The position numbers were made by a program, and so were the translations under genes. A stretch of DNA of 63,762 bases, filler included, from Octopus bimaculoides (lineage: Eukaryota), in assembly GCF_001194135.2 (NCBI RefSeq). It is 6 parts of 5 records of this genome, joined end to end, with 100 filler letters (N's around TTAATTAATTAA, not from the genome) between each part and the next. Parts side by side here need not be neighbours in the genome. Positions count along the whole stretch, not along the records: positions 24,892 to 29,921 come from NC_069005.1; positions 30,022 to 37,820 come from NC_068981.1; 4 more parts are not named here. One strand, 5' to 3'. Below, in pieces: positions 26,657 through 37,920 of the stretch. Numbering within the stretch: position 1 is the first letter of the stretch; each line of letters begins with the position of its first letter. The notes beneath the pieces are model-generated. The model searched no databases and had not been told where the DNA came from. It was given only the letters and a program-made list of their open reading frames with translations.

Positions 26657-26960
26657 NNNNNNNNNNNNNNNNNNNNNNNNNNNNNNNNNNNNNNNNNNNN
26701 NNNNNNNNNNNNNNNNNNNNNNNNNNNNNNNNNNNNNNNNNNNNNNNNNNNNNNNNNNNNNNNNNNNNNNNNNNNNNNNNNNNNNNNNNNNNNNNNNNNN
26801 NNNNNNNNNNNNNNNNNNNNNNNNNNNNNNNNNNNNNNNNNNNNNNNNNNNNNNNNNNNNNNNNNNNNNNNNNNNNNNNNNNNNNNNNNNNNNNNNNNNN
26901 NNNNNNNNNNNNNNNNNNNNNNNNNNNNNNNCAAACGACTGAAACAAGTAAAAGAGTAAA
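26460..26960 (+). mobile_element. SINE family A (gap inside)
   Basis: Near-consensus head and core at 26460-26625, tail gactgaaacaagtaaaagag at 26937-26960. Confidence 0.9.
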
Positions 26961-27039
26961 AGAGAGAGAAGGATTTATTTTCGAAGAGATTTGATTCGAG
27001 ATGATTTAAGACCAGACAGAAACCCTAGACATTCCTTAC

Positions 27040-27123
27040 CGTTCTGCTAGAGACATCGGTTCCACATGCCAAATAAGGATACAAGAACGACAGGCCACAG
27101 CAAGCACAGAAGAAGAGAACGGT
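27040..27123 (-). CDS. AAAS: Aladin internal exon, 84 nt, phase 2/2
   Basis: Acceptor tttttttccag|A and donor CG|gtaagg. Translates PFSSSVLAVACRSCILIWHVEPMSLAE versus human [27 protein letters not shown]. Splices in frame to both neighbours (CA|A=Q, CG|A=R). Confidence 0.96.
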
Positions 27124-27204
27124 CTGGAAAAAAAAGAAAGATATTTATGTTGTACCCCTGGAGGTCAGTTGTCATCTAGGAAGGAGATGATCCCTTCAAG
27201 ATTA

Positions 27205-27306
27205 AGGTGAGATGGATTGGAAAGTTTAAAAAAGTGGAGTAGCCTATAAACCCCTAGGTGAGATGGATTGGAAAGTTTAAAAAAGTGGAGTAGCCTATAA
27301 ACCCCT
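27205..27306. repeat. Perfect 2 x 51 bp tandem duplication
   Basis: aggtgagatggattggaaagtttaaaaaagtggagtagcctataaacccct occurs twice, starting at 27205 and 27256. Confidence 0.95.
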
Positions 27307-27440
27307 GACATCCCTATTTTACTTGGGTGGACCCTAATAACCATTCTAGGTTTAAAAAATCCTAATATATTTTTATAATTAAATATTATTAGAAACTGTA
27401 TTAAAAAAAATATTTTAAATATTTTGTGTATTTTTGTGTA

Positions 27441-27587
27441 GGAAGGGCATCCAGCTGTAGAAACTCTGCCAAATCAGAATGGAGCCTGGTGTAGCCATCC
27501 AGTTTCACCAGTCCTCAGTCAAATCGTCCAACCCATGCTAGCATGGAAAGCAGACGTTAAACGATGATGATGATGATGATGATGATG
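27441..27587 (+). mobile_element. SINE family C tail ending in (GAT)n
   Basis: gaagggcatccagctgtagaaactctgcc...ccatgctagcatggaaagcagacgttaaacgatgatgatg. Confidence 0.85.
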
Positions 27588-27785
27588 TATTGTAGAAGTA
27601 TAACCGATTTACAGCTCTCAACAAAATCTTATATGGACCCTCTGGGGTCATACAGACCCTGGTTGAAAACCAGTGGGTTAGAATTTACAGCAAAGAATAA
27701 AGAAGGGGTACAGGGTATACACATTTAATAGGGGGTTTTTTCTACAAATTATTAAAAAATCTTCAAGTATCTGGTTGTTGGTAGT

Positions 27786-27829
27786 CATGTAAAGAGCTAT
27801 TTCATCCTTTTTGGGGACTCATCAGCATG
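27786..27829 (-). ncRNA. Minimal type-I hammerhead motif, sense in an AAAS intron
   Basis: CAUG-CUGAUGA-GUCC[CCAAAAA]GGAU-GAAA-UAGCUCUU-UA^CAUG. Core intact, 4-bp stems I and II, imperfect helix III. Confidence 0.65.
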
Positions 27830-27927
27830 GTGTAACTTGAGACAAATAAATTAGGGTAAATTCAACATTTAATAAAGGATAGAGTGGAGGTGTGGATAGA
27901 CAGGGAGGGGCTAATTGTAAAACTTAC

Positions 27928-28086
27928 TGCCAAGCAAGGTCTATGACGTTCTTCTGTAACTTGGTCCTCAAGATGGGAACCAGCGTCATACCACCCGTGT
28001 GAACTTTGACAGAGTCGTCTATGAGTGCGTAAGCAAACTTGATGGCATGTGGGTGCCATGCAAAGGAACAGATAATTCCAGGAGAC
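27928..28086 (-). CDS. AAAS: Aladin (WD40 nucleoporin), internal exon, 159 nt, phase 2/2
   Basis: Acceptor ttctgtag|G and donor CA|gtaagt. Translates SPGIICSFAWHPHAIKFAYALIDDSVKVHTGGMTLVPILRTKLQKNVIDLAW, which aligns without gaps to human Aladin [21 protein letters not shown]...LQRNVASLAW (recalled sequence). Missed by the ORF track. Confidence 0.95.
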
Positions 28087-29021
28087 CTACAGAAAGACAA
28101 ACAGACAGAATCAATTACAATGGAAATTTACATAAAGTGTTAATGTCAGTTGGATAAAAAATGTATTGTGGTGGGAGTGGTAGTAGTATGGTGCTGTGAT
28201 AGTTATCATGGCAATGGAGGATGGAGGAGATTGGGAGGGGGNNNNNNNNNNNNNNNNNNNNNNNNNNNNNNNNNNNNNNNNNNNNNNNNNNNNNNNNNNN
28301 NNNNNNNNNNNNNNNNNNNNNNNNNNNNNNNNNNNNNNNNNNNNNNNNNNNNNNNNNNNNNNNNNNNNNNNNNNNNNNNNNNNNNNNNNNNNNNNNNNNN
28401 NNNNNNNNNNNNNNNNNNNNNNNNNNNNNNNNNNNNNNNNNNNNNNNNNNNNNNNNNNNNNNNNNNNNNNNNNNNNNNNNNNNNNNNNNNNNNNNNNNNN
28501 NNNNNNNNNNNNNNNNNNNNNNNNNNNNNNNNNNNNNNNNNNNNNNNNNNNNNNNNNNNNNNNNNNNNNNNNNNNNNNNNNNNNNNNNNNNNNNNNNNNN
28601 NNNNNNNNNNNNNNNNNNNNNNNNNNNNNNNNNNNNNNNNNNNNNNNNNNNNNNNNNNNNNNNNNNNNNNNNNNNNNNNNNNNNNNNNNNNNNNNNNNNN
28701 NNNNNNNNNNNNNNNNNNNNNNNNNNNNNNNNNNNNNNNNNNNNNNNNNNNNNNNNNNNNNNNNNNNNNNNNNNNNNNNNNNNNNNNNNNNNNNNNNNNN
28801 NNNNNNNNNNNNNNNNNNNNNNNNNNNNNNNNNNNNNNNNNNNNNNNNNNNNNNNNNNNNNACCACAACCTACTCTAATGTATATTAAACATTTTTATAA
28901 GTCAATACCATGTTCTACTGTGTTAGCAGTGCTATTAAATCACTTGTTAAGGTTATCTCTAAAGATTTTTGATAGAAATTCTAGCCAGCACTGATTTTTG
29001 TTGCAACGTTTCGTATCCGAG

Positions 29022-29225
29022 ACATCATCATCATCATCGTCGTTTAACGTCCGTTTTCCATGCTGGCATGGGTTGGACGATTTGACTGAGGACAGGTGAA
29101 ACCAGATGGCTACACCAAGCTCCAATCTGATCTGGCAGAGTTTCCACAGCTGGATGCTCTTCCTAACGCCAACCACTCCGAGAGTGTAGTGGGTGCTTTT
29201 ACGTGCCACCGGCACGAGGGCCAGT
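29022..29225 (-). mobile_element. SINE family C
   Basis: Reverse complement of the family C body and tail, with (CAT)n at 29024-29040. Confidence 0.85.
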
Positions 29226-29290
29226 CACACAGTATTGGCAACGATCAGATGTAAACAAACAATGAGATCACAGATGTAAGAGTGAGTAAT

Positions 29291-29337
29291 GGACATATAT
29301 GCCATATTTCAGAAGCTTTTGCCCCTTCATCAGCACC
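29291..29337 (-). ncRNA. Minimal type-I hammerhead motif
   Basis: GGUG-CUGAUGA-AGGGGC[AAAA]GCUUCU-GAAA-UAUG-G-CAUA-UA^UGUCC. Core intact, 6-bp stem II, palindromic helix III, wobble-rich stem I. Confidence 0.6.
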
Positions 29338-29461
29338 TATTTAAGCCCTTAATTATCCACGAACTCATCGATTGAATAGCCGCTACATATAGCGGTGTAA
29401 TGTTACTGAGTATACCAATTTACATCTTAAAAATACTCTTGGATGCTGGTACATAAATATT

Positions 29462-29625
29462 CTATATTCTTTTCTACTCTGGGCACAAGGCCTGAAATTT
29501 GGGGGGAGGGGTGCCAGTCGATTTAGATCAACTCCAGTATGCAACTGGTACTTAATTTATCGACCACGAAAGGATGAAAGGCAAAGTTGACCTCGGCAGA
29601 ATTTGAACTCAGAACGTAAAGACAT
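29462..29625 (-). mobile_element. SINE family B
   Basis: ggtacttaatttatcgacc.cgaaaggatgaaaggcaaagttgacctcggcagaatttgaactcagaacg. Confidence 0.85.
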
Positions 29626-29631
29626 ACCAAC

Positions 29632-29845
29632 ATCGGTTGTCAAGCTATGGTGGGGGGAGAAACTTTGTGTCTGTGTTTGTCCCCCACACACATATATATA
29701 CACGATGGGCTTCTTTCAGTTTCCGTCAACTAAATCCACTCACAAGGCTTTGGTAGGCCCGTTATAGTAGAAGACACTTGCCCAAGGTGCCATGCAGTGG
29801 AACTGAACCAGGAACCATGTGGTTAGGGAGCAAGCTACTTACCAC
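29632..29845 (-). mobile_element. SINE family A (5' part)
   Basis: Reverse complement of the head and core. Confidence 0.85.
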
Positions 29846-29885
29846 ACAGCCACACCTACACCTATATATATATGTATGTGTATGC

Positions 29886-29921
<36 letters not shown>

Positions 29922-30383
29922 NNNNNNNNNNNNNNNNNNNNNNNNNNNNNNNNNNNNNNNNNNNNTTAATTAATTAANNNNNNNNNNNNNNNNNNNNNNN
30001 NNNNNNNNNNNNNNNNNNNNNTATATATATATATATATATGCATATATATATACACACACATATGTACATACATACATATGTATGTATATAGGTATGCAT
30101 ATATGGGTGCAGGAGATCACAAAACGTAAACAAGATGAAATACGAAAATAACGTCGAATACGCAAAGAACGAGAGAAAGAATGGAAAACAAAACAAGTAA
30201 CATTAAAAACGACCCTTCAACAGTTGTCGGCTGTCCTTCTACTCCATATTTCGAGCAACACACATATACATATACGCATATATATATAAAAATAATTTAT
30301 ATATATATATATATATATATATAGGTTGAATAAATATAAAACATAGTGTGGTTTTTCGCATTGTTTATTATGGTATTTTAACA

Positions 30384-30421
30384 AAATTAGCGCTTTCATA
30401 TATAGAGTACTCATCAGATTT
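30384..30421 (-). ncRNA. Minimal type-I hammerhead, left arm of the foldback, core intact
   Basis: AAAU-CUGAUGA-GUA[CUCUAUA]UAU-GAAA-GCGC-UA^AUUU. Self-complementary helix III AGCGCU. Confidence 0.75.
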
Positions 30422-30839
30422 CAAATGTTTTACTGACAGTTCAGTTCTTAGCAACTTTAGTATCTCTTAGAACGCTGCAACAAGCTGAATTTTTAGAATA
30501 CCATGTTGAGCAATCCGTATACTCTTAAACGCCACAGTTTGCCAGGCGTACCGATATTCTGTAACTTGTTTATATTTATTAATCCACATAACCGGTTGTT
30601 ATATTATTGCTGTTATTTCCGTTCAGAACAGATCTGAACATTTTAAAATAATATAACAACCAGTTAATGATGTGGATTAATAAATATAAATAAGTTACAG
30701 AATATCGGTACACCTGGCAAACTGTGATGTTTACGAGCTTGTGGATTGATCAATAAGGTATTTTAAAACTTCAGCTGGCTGGAGCGTTCTAAGAGATACT
30801 AAAGTTGTCAAGAACTCAACTGTCAGTGAAACACATTTC

Positions 30840-30877
30840 AAATCTGATAAGTACACTACGTATGAAAGCGCTAATTT
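30840..30877 (+). ncRNA. Minimal hammerhead, right arm of the foldback, G8A mutant
   Basis: AAAU-CUGAUAA-GUAC[ACUAC]GUAU-GAAA-GCGC-UA^AUUU. Confidence 0.65.
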
Positions 30878-30975
30878 TGTTAAAATACCATAATAAAAAA
30901 CGTGAAGACGAGACTATGTTTTAACTTTATCGAATATATTATTCTATACACATTATTCATACAGATTCGAAACAA

Positions 30976-31012
<37 letters not shown>

Positions 31013-31058
31013 CGTATGTATGTATGTATGTATGTATGTATGTATGTATGTATAAAAG

Positions 31059-31117
<59 letters not shown>

Positions 31118-31147
31118 CAGGCTTCTGAGTATACACAACATGAATTC

Positions 31148-31335
31148 ATTCTCGCATAAGCGGAAATTTGTCCGTCTTTAGGTTCTTTGTTCAAATTCCA
31201 CCAAAGTTGACGTTGCCTTTCAACCTTTCGAAGTTGATAAAATAAAGTATCAGTCAAGTACTGTGGGTCAATGTTATCGTCTACCCCATCCCCAAAATTT
31301 CAGGCCTTGTGCCTTTAGTAGAAAAGATTATTATT
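31148..31335 (+). mobile_element. SINE family B (diverged)
   Basis: gttcaaattccaccaaagttgac.ttgcctttca.cctttcg...tcaggccttgtgcc. Confidence 0.75.
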
Positions 31336-31994
31336 GTTATTGACTGATTAAGCATTTATGCAGATTTTTTTTCTTCGTTCCGAGACTCAACATTATTTCA
31401 AGTATCGTCAAATGAAAATTCTTTCTTTGGGCTTCTTGCCAATAATGATTTTAATTACCTGTGAAGGTCTTCCTCCGATAACCGGAGATATATAAAGAAA
31501 GATATGTCTGTACAGGCTTTATATTTTATTTGCTTTCTCATTTTGATGACATTTTCGTATCAAAATGTCTGATAGACAACCACATTACTCTACTCAAAAA
31601 GAAAAAAAAATGTAGAAAATCCCACAAAATAAACAAATAATGTTAGCAACTAATCTCTTACAACAAAAAAAAAAAATAATGAACTTTTAAATGAACATTT
31701 AAAAGAAAAAGAATTTTTTACAAACAGTTAAGCAAATATTTTAAACGTGAGCAGTAATAACAACAATATTCGCTCGCAGACAAATGTAAGAGAATGTTAG
31801 ACAATGCAGTGTTGTCAAACTGACTAATGTCTAGCCCCGTTCACGGAAACCAATTCTAGTGAAAATTACTTACCCCCACCACCTGCTTATAAATGAAGAG
31901 ACACTTTAGAGTTTACATCTATATGATTATTCTTTCTTCGCCATGATGATTGGCAAACCTACAATTTTTAAATCATTTTAATTTTTATTGAACA

Positions 31995-32432
31995 TGACGC
32001 AGGTGTGGCTGTGTGGTAAGAAGCTTGTTTTCTAACCAATTGGTTCCGTGTTCAGTGCCACTGCGTAACACCTTGGCCAAGTGTCTCTCTTCTATGATAG
32101 CAAATGTCTTCTACTACAAGGCCAACCAAAGCCTCGTGAGTGGATTTNNNNNNNNNNNNNNNNNNNNNNNNNNNNNNNNNNNNNNNTATATATGCATGTG
32201 TGCGTGTTCTTGTAGTATGTTTCTAACCTCATCACCGCTTGACAATTTGTGTTGGTTTGTTTATGTCCTTGTAACTTGGCAGTTCAGCAAAAAAAAAAAA
32301 AAGAGACCGAGAAAATAAATACCAGGCTTTAAAATGAATAAGTACTGGAGTCGATTTGTTCGACCAAACCCTTTAATGTGGTGCCCCAGCATGGCCGCAG
32401 TCCAATGACTGAAACAAGTAAAAAATAAAAGA
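31995..32432 (+). mobile_element. SINE family A
   Basis: Head gtggctgtgtggtaagaagcttg, tail gcatggccgcagtccaatgactgaaacaagtaaaa. Confidence 0.85.
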
Positions 32433-34327
32433 TAGCAATTTGTCCGCCCTTATTTCAAAACCATTAAGAAAGGCATATTCGGCCATTCTCTTTGAGAAAT
32501 AATCCATATTAACGGCAGTTTTGACTGTCATTATACAGATGGAAATTTTTTAGATTTGACAAAGTTTTCAGAAAGAAAATATGAACAAGAATCGGCTAGT
32601 AGAAATTTGTAACTCCAAACAGTGTCACTTTAACCCGAGATCTAAGTAAGAGAGAGCAAAGCGGAAAATAACTTATTTTCGTTTAGAGACGGCTGACAGA
32701 GGTACCAACATTCCGCTGAAACAGAATCTAGAAGCGAACAAAATATCGGGAGATAGTCTCTTGAATGAGAGGAGCAACGTTTATTGTCCTGTCAGCTGTA
32801 CTTTCAGGACTGTCAACTCAACCAAAACACTAACTGAAATAGTTAGGCATACTTCTACCCATATACTTGCGTCTCAGTAAATGGTGCAGAAAATATGAGG
32901 GTGATGGTCATAGACATATGAAACTATGTAGATCCGTGGCTGGTCGTCATCGTTGTATCGCAAATTTAGTGAGGTCATAAGTACAGAAATGATGAGATGC
33001 GATACTTAATCAGGTGAGTTAGGATGGATTTGCAAGTACTAGTGATCCCTGAAATTCACAAGGCGATACCAAAGCTGTGTCCATTCAGAGTACTGAGACA
33101 AAAGGCATGAGACTCGTAGTGCGGAGTAAAAGGCCTACTTATTATTTGAGTAATCGGATCGTAAGCGACACTTGAAACTAAAAAGGTTAGAACATCGCGT
33201 GAGAGCGGAAAGCAGTGTAGAGCAATCAAGACAGCAACAAGGTTGGTAGCGCCAGTTTCCAGAGCATTATCAATAAGAGCTCCTGAAATGGTCTGCTCCT
33301 GGAAATAATTAAATAGGCACCCGTCTCGATTGTAGCAACCAGCAGTACCATACTATCTTCTTGTAACAACGAAAAGACGATGTTCACAAAAGAACGTTTT
33401 CAAACTGTGGAAAAGGGAGGCAAATGAAAAACAAAAATATCACAAAAATAGATTAACATGAAGAGGAAACAATCAAATAATGTAAAGGAGCAACCTTCGT
33501 GAAACAACAAAGTTAACTATCCCTAGAACTATAATAAGGTCCACTCCTAGATTTACAATAATGCTCCTCCTCAGAACTACAAAATTACTCTTTCTTACAA
33601 TAGGAATGTCCTTCTTCAAAATAATAATGAAGATAGTGAGAGGAGCGAAAGGCAATGAAATTCATAGTCCTCTACAAGAACAATCGGTGTCTCATTAACA
33701 GAATGAAAGAATATTGCTGTAAAGGATGGGGCGTCTCCTGAATATTCAAATGCATGAACAAGAGATAAAGTCGGAATCTATGAAACCTGTTAAAGGTTGA
33801 ATCTTAATACAAGCAATATTATAATACATTAAAAGAAGAGTTTTCTAAGGACACAAGTTGCATCCTACGTTAACTCCCGCAGAAAATGTTAATGAGAACT
33901 GTTAGATACAAAGGCTCTAGTACGAGAAATGGCGAACTGGCGTGTAGGTTCCCACTCGTGTGTGGGTGAGAATCCTCGAAAAAATTGAGGGTTTTTATGT
34001 TTTATTTTTCTGTTTAAAGAGTGACTTTGTTATAATTATTGTGTTTTAATACGTCGTTGTTCATTTCCGTGTAATTATTTATGCATTTCTTAAAAATTGT
34101 TTTACTTGTCGTCCCATTATATATTGCATCACGTCTTTCATCCACTCCCACCATCTTTATATATCATAATCTTGTCATTTGTCTCACCTCTTTCGCCTAT
34201 GCAAGCTTCCTCTTCAACATACATCATAATCTTTCGAGCCCTTGTGACTAATAAGGAAATGGTTCCTCCGCTTTCTCTTCTTCTTCTTCTTCTTCTTCTT
34301 CTTATTATTATTATTATTATTATTATT

Positions 34328-34363
<36 letters not shown>

Positions 34364-34590
34364 ATTATTGTCATTATTATATTTTTTAAGTTAATATTAA
34401 ATAAAGAGGAGTGAGTTAGTGAGCGTTCAACAAAGAAGTCGTTTCTTAGGTAGTTATTTAAATAATTATAGGTACATTGCTGGAGNNNNNNNNNNNNNNN
34501 NNNNNNNNNNNNNNNNNNNNNNNNNNNNNNNNNNNNNNNNNNNNNNNNNNNNNATATATATATATACACATACATACATACATACATACA

Positions 34591-34624
<34 letters not shown>

Positions 34625-34635
34625 CATACATATAT

Positions 34636-34925
34636 CTTTTATCCTTTACTCGTTTCAGTCTTTAGACTGCTGCCATGCTAGGGCACCGCTTTGAAGAATT
34701 TTTACTCGCATGTATCGATCCAAACACATATTTTTTTAAAAACCTGGTGCATATTCTATCGTTCCCTTTTACTGAAGCCTTAAGCTACTGGGACGTAAAC
34801 ACACCAGCGTCGGTTGTCAAGCGAATGGGTGGGGACAAACACGTACACAAAGACATACACTCACACGTACCACGCAGTGGGACTGAAATCCGAATCATGC
34901 TTCTTACCACACATCCACGCCTATG
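34636..34925 (-). mobile_element. SINE family A (internally deleted)
   Basis: Reverse complement of the tail (34640-34700) and head (34870-34925). Confidence 0.8.
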
Positions 34926-35532
34926 CCTTGTATGTATGCAAATATATATGTGTATATATATATNNNNNNNNNNNNNNNNNNNNNNNNNNNNNNNNNNNNN
35001 NNNNNNNNNNNNNNNNNNNNNNNNNNNNNNNNNNNNNNNNNNNNNNNNNNNNNNNNNNNNNNNNNNNNNNNNNNNNNNNNNNNNNNNNNNNNNNNNNNNN
35101 NNNNNNNNNNNNNNNNNNNNNNNNNNNNNNNNNNNNNNNNNNNNNNNNNNNNNNNNNNNNNNNNNNNNNNNNNNNNNNNNNNNNNNNNNNNNNNNNNNNN
35201 NNNNNNNNNNNNNNNNNNNNNNNNNNNNNNNNNNNNNNNNNNNNNNNNNNNNNNNNNNNNNNNNNNNNNNNNNNNNNNNNNNNNNNNNNNNNNNNNNNNN
35301 NNNNNNNNNNNNNNNNNNNNNNNNNNNNNNNNNNNNNNNNNNNNNNNNNNNNNNNNNNNNNNNNNNNNNNNNNNNNNNNNNNNNNNNNNNNNNNNNNNNN
35401 NNNNNNNNNNNNNNNNNNNNNNNNNNNNNNNNNNNNNNNNNNNNNNNNNNNNNNNNNNNNNNNNNNNNNNNNNNNNNNNNNNNNNNNNNNNNNNNNNNNN
35501 NNNNNNNNNNNNNNNNNNNNNNNNNNNNNNNN

Positions 35533-36160
35533 TAGGGACCTACACAAAGTTACAGAAAGTGTATAGAGAGGAGTGTATGAGCCACACACAAGTGTACGAG
35601 TGGGTCAGACGTTTCCAAGATGGCCGAAAAAATGTCGATAGTGACGAACGTTCTGGGAGACCCGCAACCAGCAGAACTGAGAAAATCATCGCAAATGTGT
35701 GTTCAGCTGTGAGAGAAATCGTCGAATCACCATCCGTGAGTTATCAGAGGATGTGCAGATTAGTTACGGTTTAGTTCAGTCCATTATCACTGAAAATTTG
35801 AGTATGAGATGCGTGTCTGCCAAGTTTGTGCCAAAACTGCTTTCAGCTGAGCAAAAAGACACTCGGGTTTCAGCTGCACAAGATCTCCTTGATTGCATCG
35901 CGTACGATGAAACCTTCTTGAAACTTCGCGTAGGTTTCTGAGCAGGTATCGCCAATCTCTCGGCAAAATTTGATAGAGATTCTCTTCTCAACGTTCTCTG
36001 TCATGGTCAATGCAACGATCATGCGGAAGTGAAATGGAACGTTAAAACTTATTGCGCATGCACAGCAGAGTTAAAGTCAATGTGTACCAAGCAGCTTCAC
36101 TCTGCGTGCTTTAGCTTCATAACTATGGCAACAGTCCGGATACTCATCGATCAGACTACG
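35533..36160 (+). mobile_element. Internally deleted mariner: HTH region of the transposase plus 3' TIR
   Basis: MSHTQVYEWVRRFQDGRKNVDSDERSGRPATS (frameshift) RRITIRELSEDVQISYGLVQSIITENLSMRCVSAKFVPKLLSAEQK. The DDD domain is absent. TIR ends ...ggcaacagtccggatactcatcgatcagactacg. Confidence 0.9.
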
Positions 36161-36956
36161 TGCGTATGTGCTTGCATGTATACATAGTTACATACATACA
36201 TACATACATGTATATATAGTTACATGTAGGTAGGTATGTATACACACATACACAATGGGGTTTCAGTATACGAACATACTCCATCTGGAGACGTGGTCGT
36301 TAGCCAAATTGGTCGTTACATGAGTAATTTGAAATGCATATAAATAGGTGTAACCCATTCCAAGTCACACCCAAGCTCCACATAAAAGCATACCGTGGTG
36401 TTTTATTCGTCCATCAATAGCAAATGAATAAATATGTATACACTACGTATATAAATTAATATGTACGTATGTGGTGGGGTGAGTGCCTTCGTGGGTGAGT
36501 ATTCCTGTGCATCTTGTTTCTGTTGATCCCTAGTCATGTTTGAAGCAAGAGATATATTATTTTCTACATAGAATATGAAAATTTGCTAGCTATATGAAAC
36601 GCTCACGAACCGTTTGGACAAGCACTCCCAGCCACTTATATGCATGCGTATTCTATTCGTGTTTTGTTTAATTTTCAGCAGGTTGGCTGAGTATGATTTT
36701 CTTCAGGAAATCTGTTTGCTATACGATTTGTTCTTTTAACGTACCATTTCTACACGTTCCCCCAGTACTTATACGAGTGCGTAGTTTACTCCAGGTTTGC
36801 TTTTCAAATATCATTCACCTCGCTAAGTAAATGGGTTCCCAATAATTTATATGCTTGAGTAGGCTACTCGTGGTTCGTTGATCAAATTTCAACTCTTTAT
36901 ACAAGTTTAGTTTTACTTTGCTTTCAGGAAAACCGTTCGTATATGGTGTATGTATA

Positions 36957-36987
<31 letters not shown>

Positions 36988-37084
36988 TAGTGTATGTATG
37001 TATCTCTATGTGTATATATATATATACATATATATAATATATGAGTATATGCATATATATGTACATGTATGTACATACCTTCAT

Positions 37085-37240
37085 CTACATGTATATATAG
37101 ATGCATGTCTGGGTCCATGACGTTGCAAAAAAAACATGGACAAAATGATAAACAAGGTACAAAAAACACACAGGCCACATAGAGAACATTTCCTTCATCA
37201 GCTGCCACCATTATAAGACTGGCGTTTCGAAGAGTTAGGG
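37085..37240. repeat. Unclassified dispersed repeat (related copies at about 30100-30262 and 39335-39530)
   Basis: Shared gcatgtctgggtccatgacg.../gcatatccgggtacaggacg... and cttcatcagctgcc...ggcgtttcgaa. The 30100 copy is more distant. Confidence 0.65.
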
Positions 37241-37920
37241 CATATATATATATGTGTGTGTATGTATATGTGTATACGTGTGAGTGTGTGTATATATATG
37301 TATGTATAAAACCACAGGGGGAACAACTTCACCACGACGACTGTTATTATTACTGCTGCTAGTTATTCGACGGCTATAGCCATTCCTAAGAAAACAAGTC
37401 TTGACCACACTGTTCAATTTCCAAAGACAGATAGTAGTAATTTGCCGTCACAGTCAGTTGAACTTGTCATGCTACCAGAACCAGGAGGAATTTCAACCAT
37501 GTTTCGTGGTCTGCTACCACAACAGCTCCTTTATAGGATCCAGTTAACTCAAGACATCATCAGGAGGAACCACGTCCGGTTTCGGCCCCTACTCCTCTAC
37601 CGTTTTGACGTGGCGGGGCCCCTCCTTTCGGAGGTGTCTTCAGCTCTGGTGTTGGGTGCATTTCTTCTTTCTTCTATTCCCTGGCCTCTTCGATGCAGCA
37701 TCAACGAGTGTCAGCATCCGACTGCTCATCACGTGTTCTTGCAGGAAAAAGGAAAGTAAACTATGAGTATTCATCTTAATTTTACTTTCAATTTAATTTT
37801 CTTAATAGTTCTTTTCTTTTNNNNNNNNNNNNNNNNNNNNNNNNNNNNNNNNNNNNNNNNNNNNTTAATTAATTAANNNNNNNNNNNNNNNNNNNNNNNN
37901 NNNNNNNNNNNNNNNNNNNN

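Larger units (their letters stand above)
30337..30923. mobile_element. 587-bp foldback element with a hammerhead in each arm (Penelope inverted-pLTR-like)
   Basis: Arms pair from taaaacatagt/actatgtttta inward to gttcaga/tctgaac around a 5-nt loop (30628-30632). Confidence 0.9.

Noticed and set aside
33050-33290. About 80-codon open stretch on the minus strand after a ttccag acceptor-like site
   Set aside because: No homology recognised and no donor; surrounding sequence looks like a decayed retroelement.
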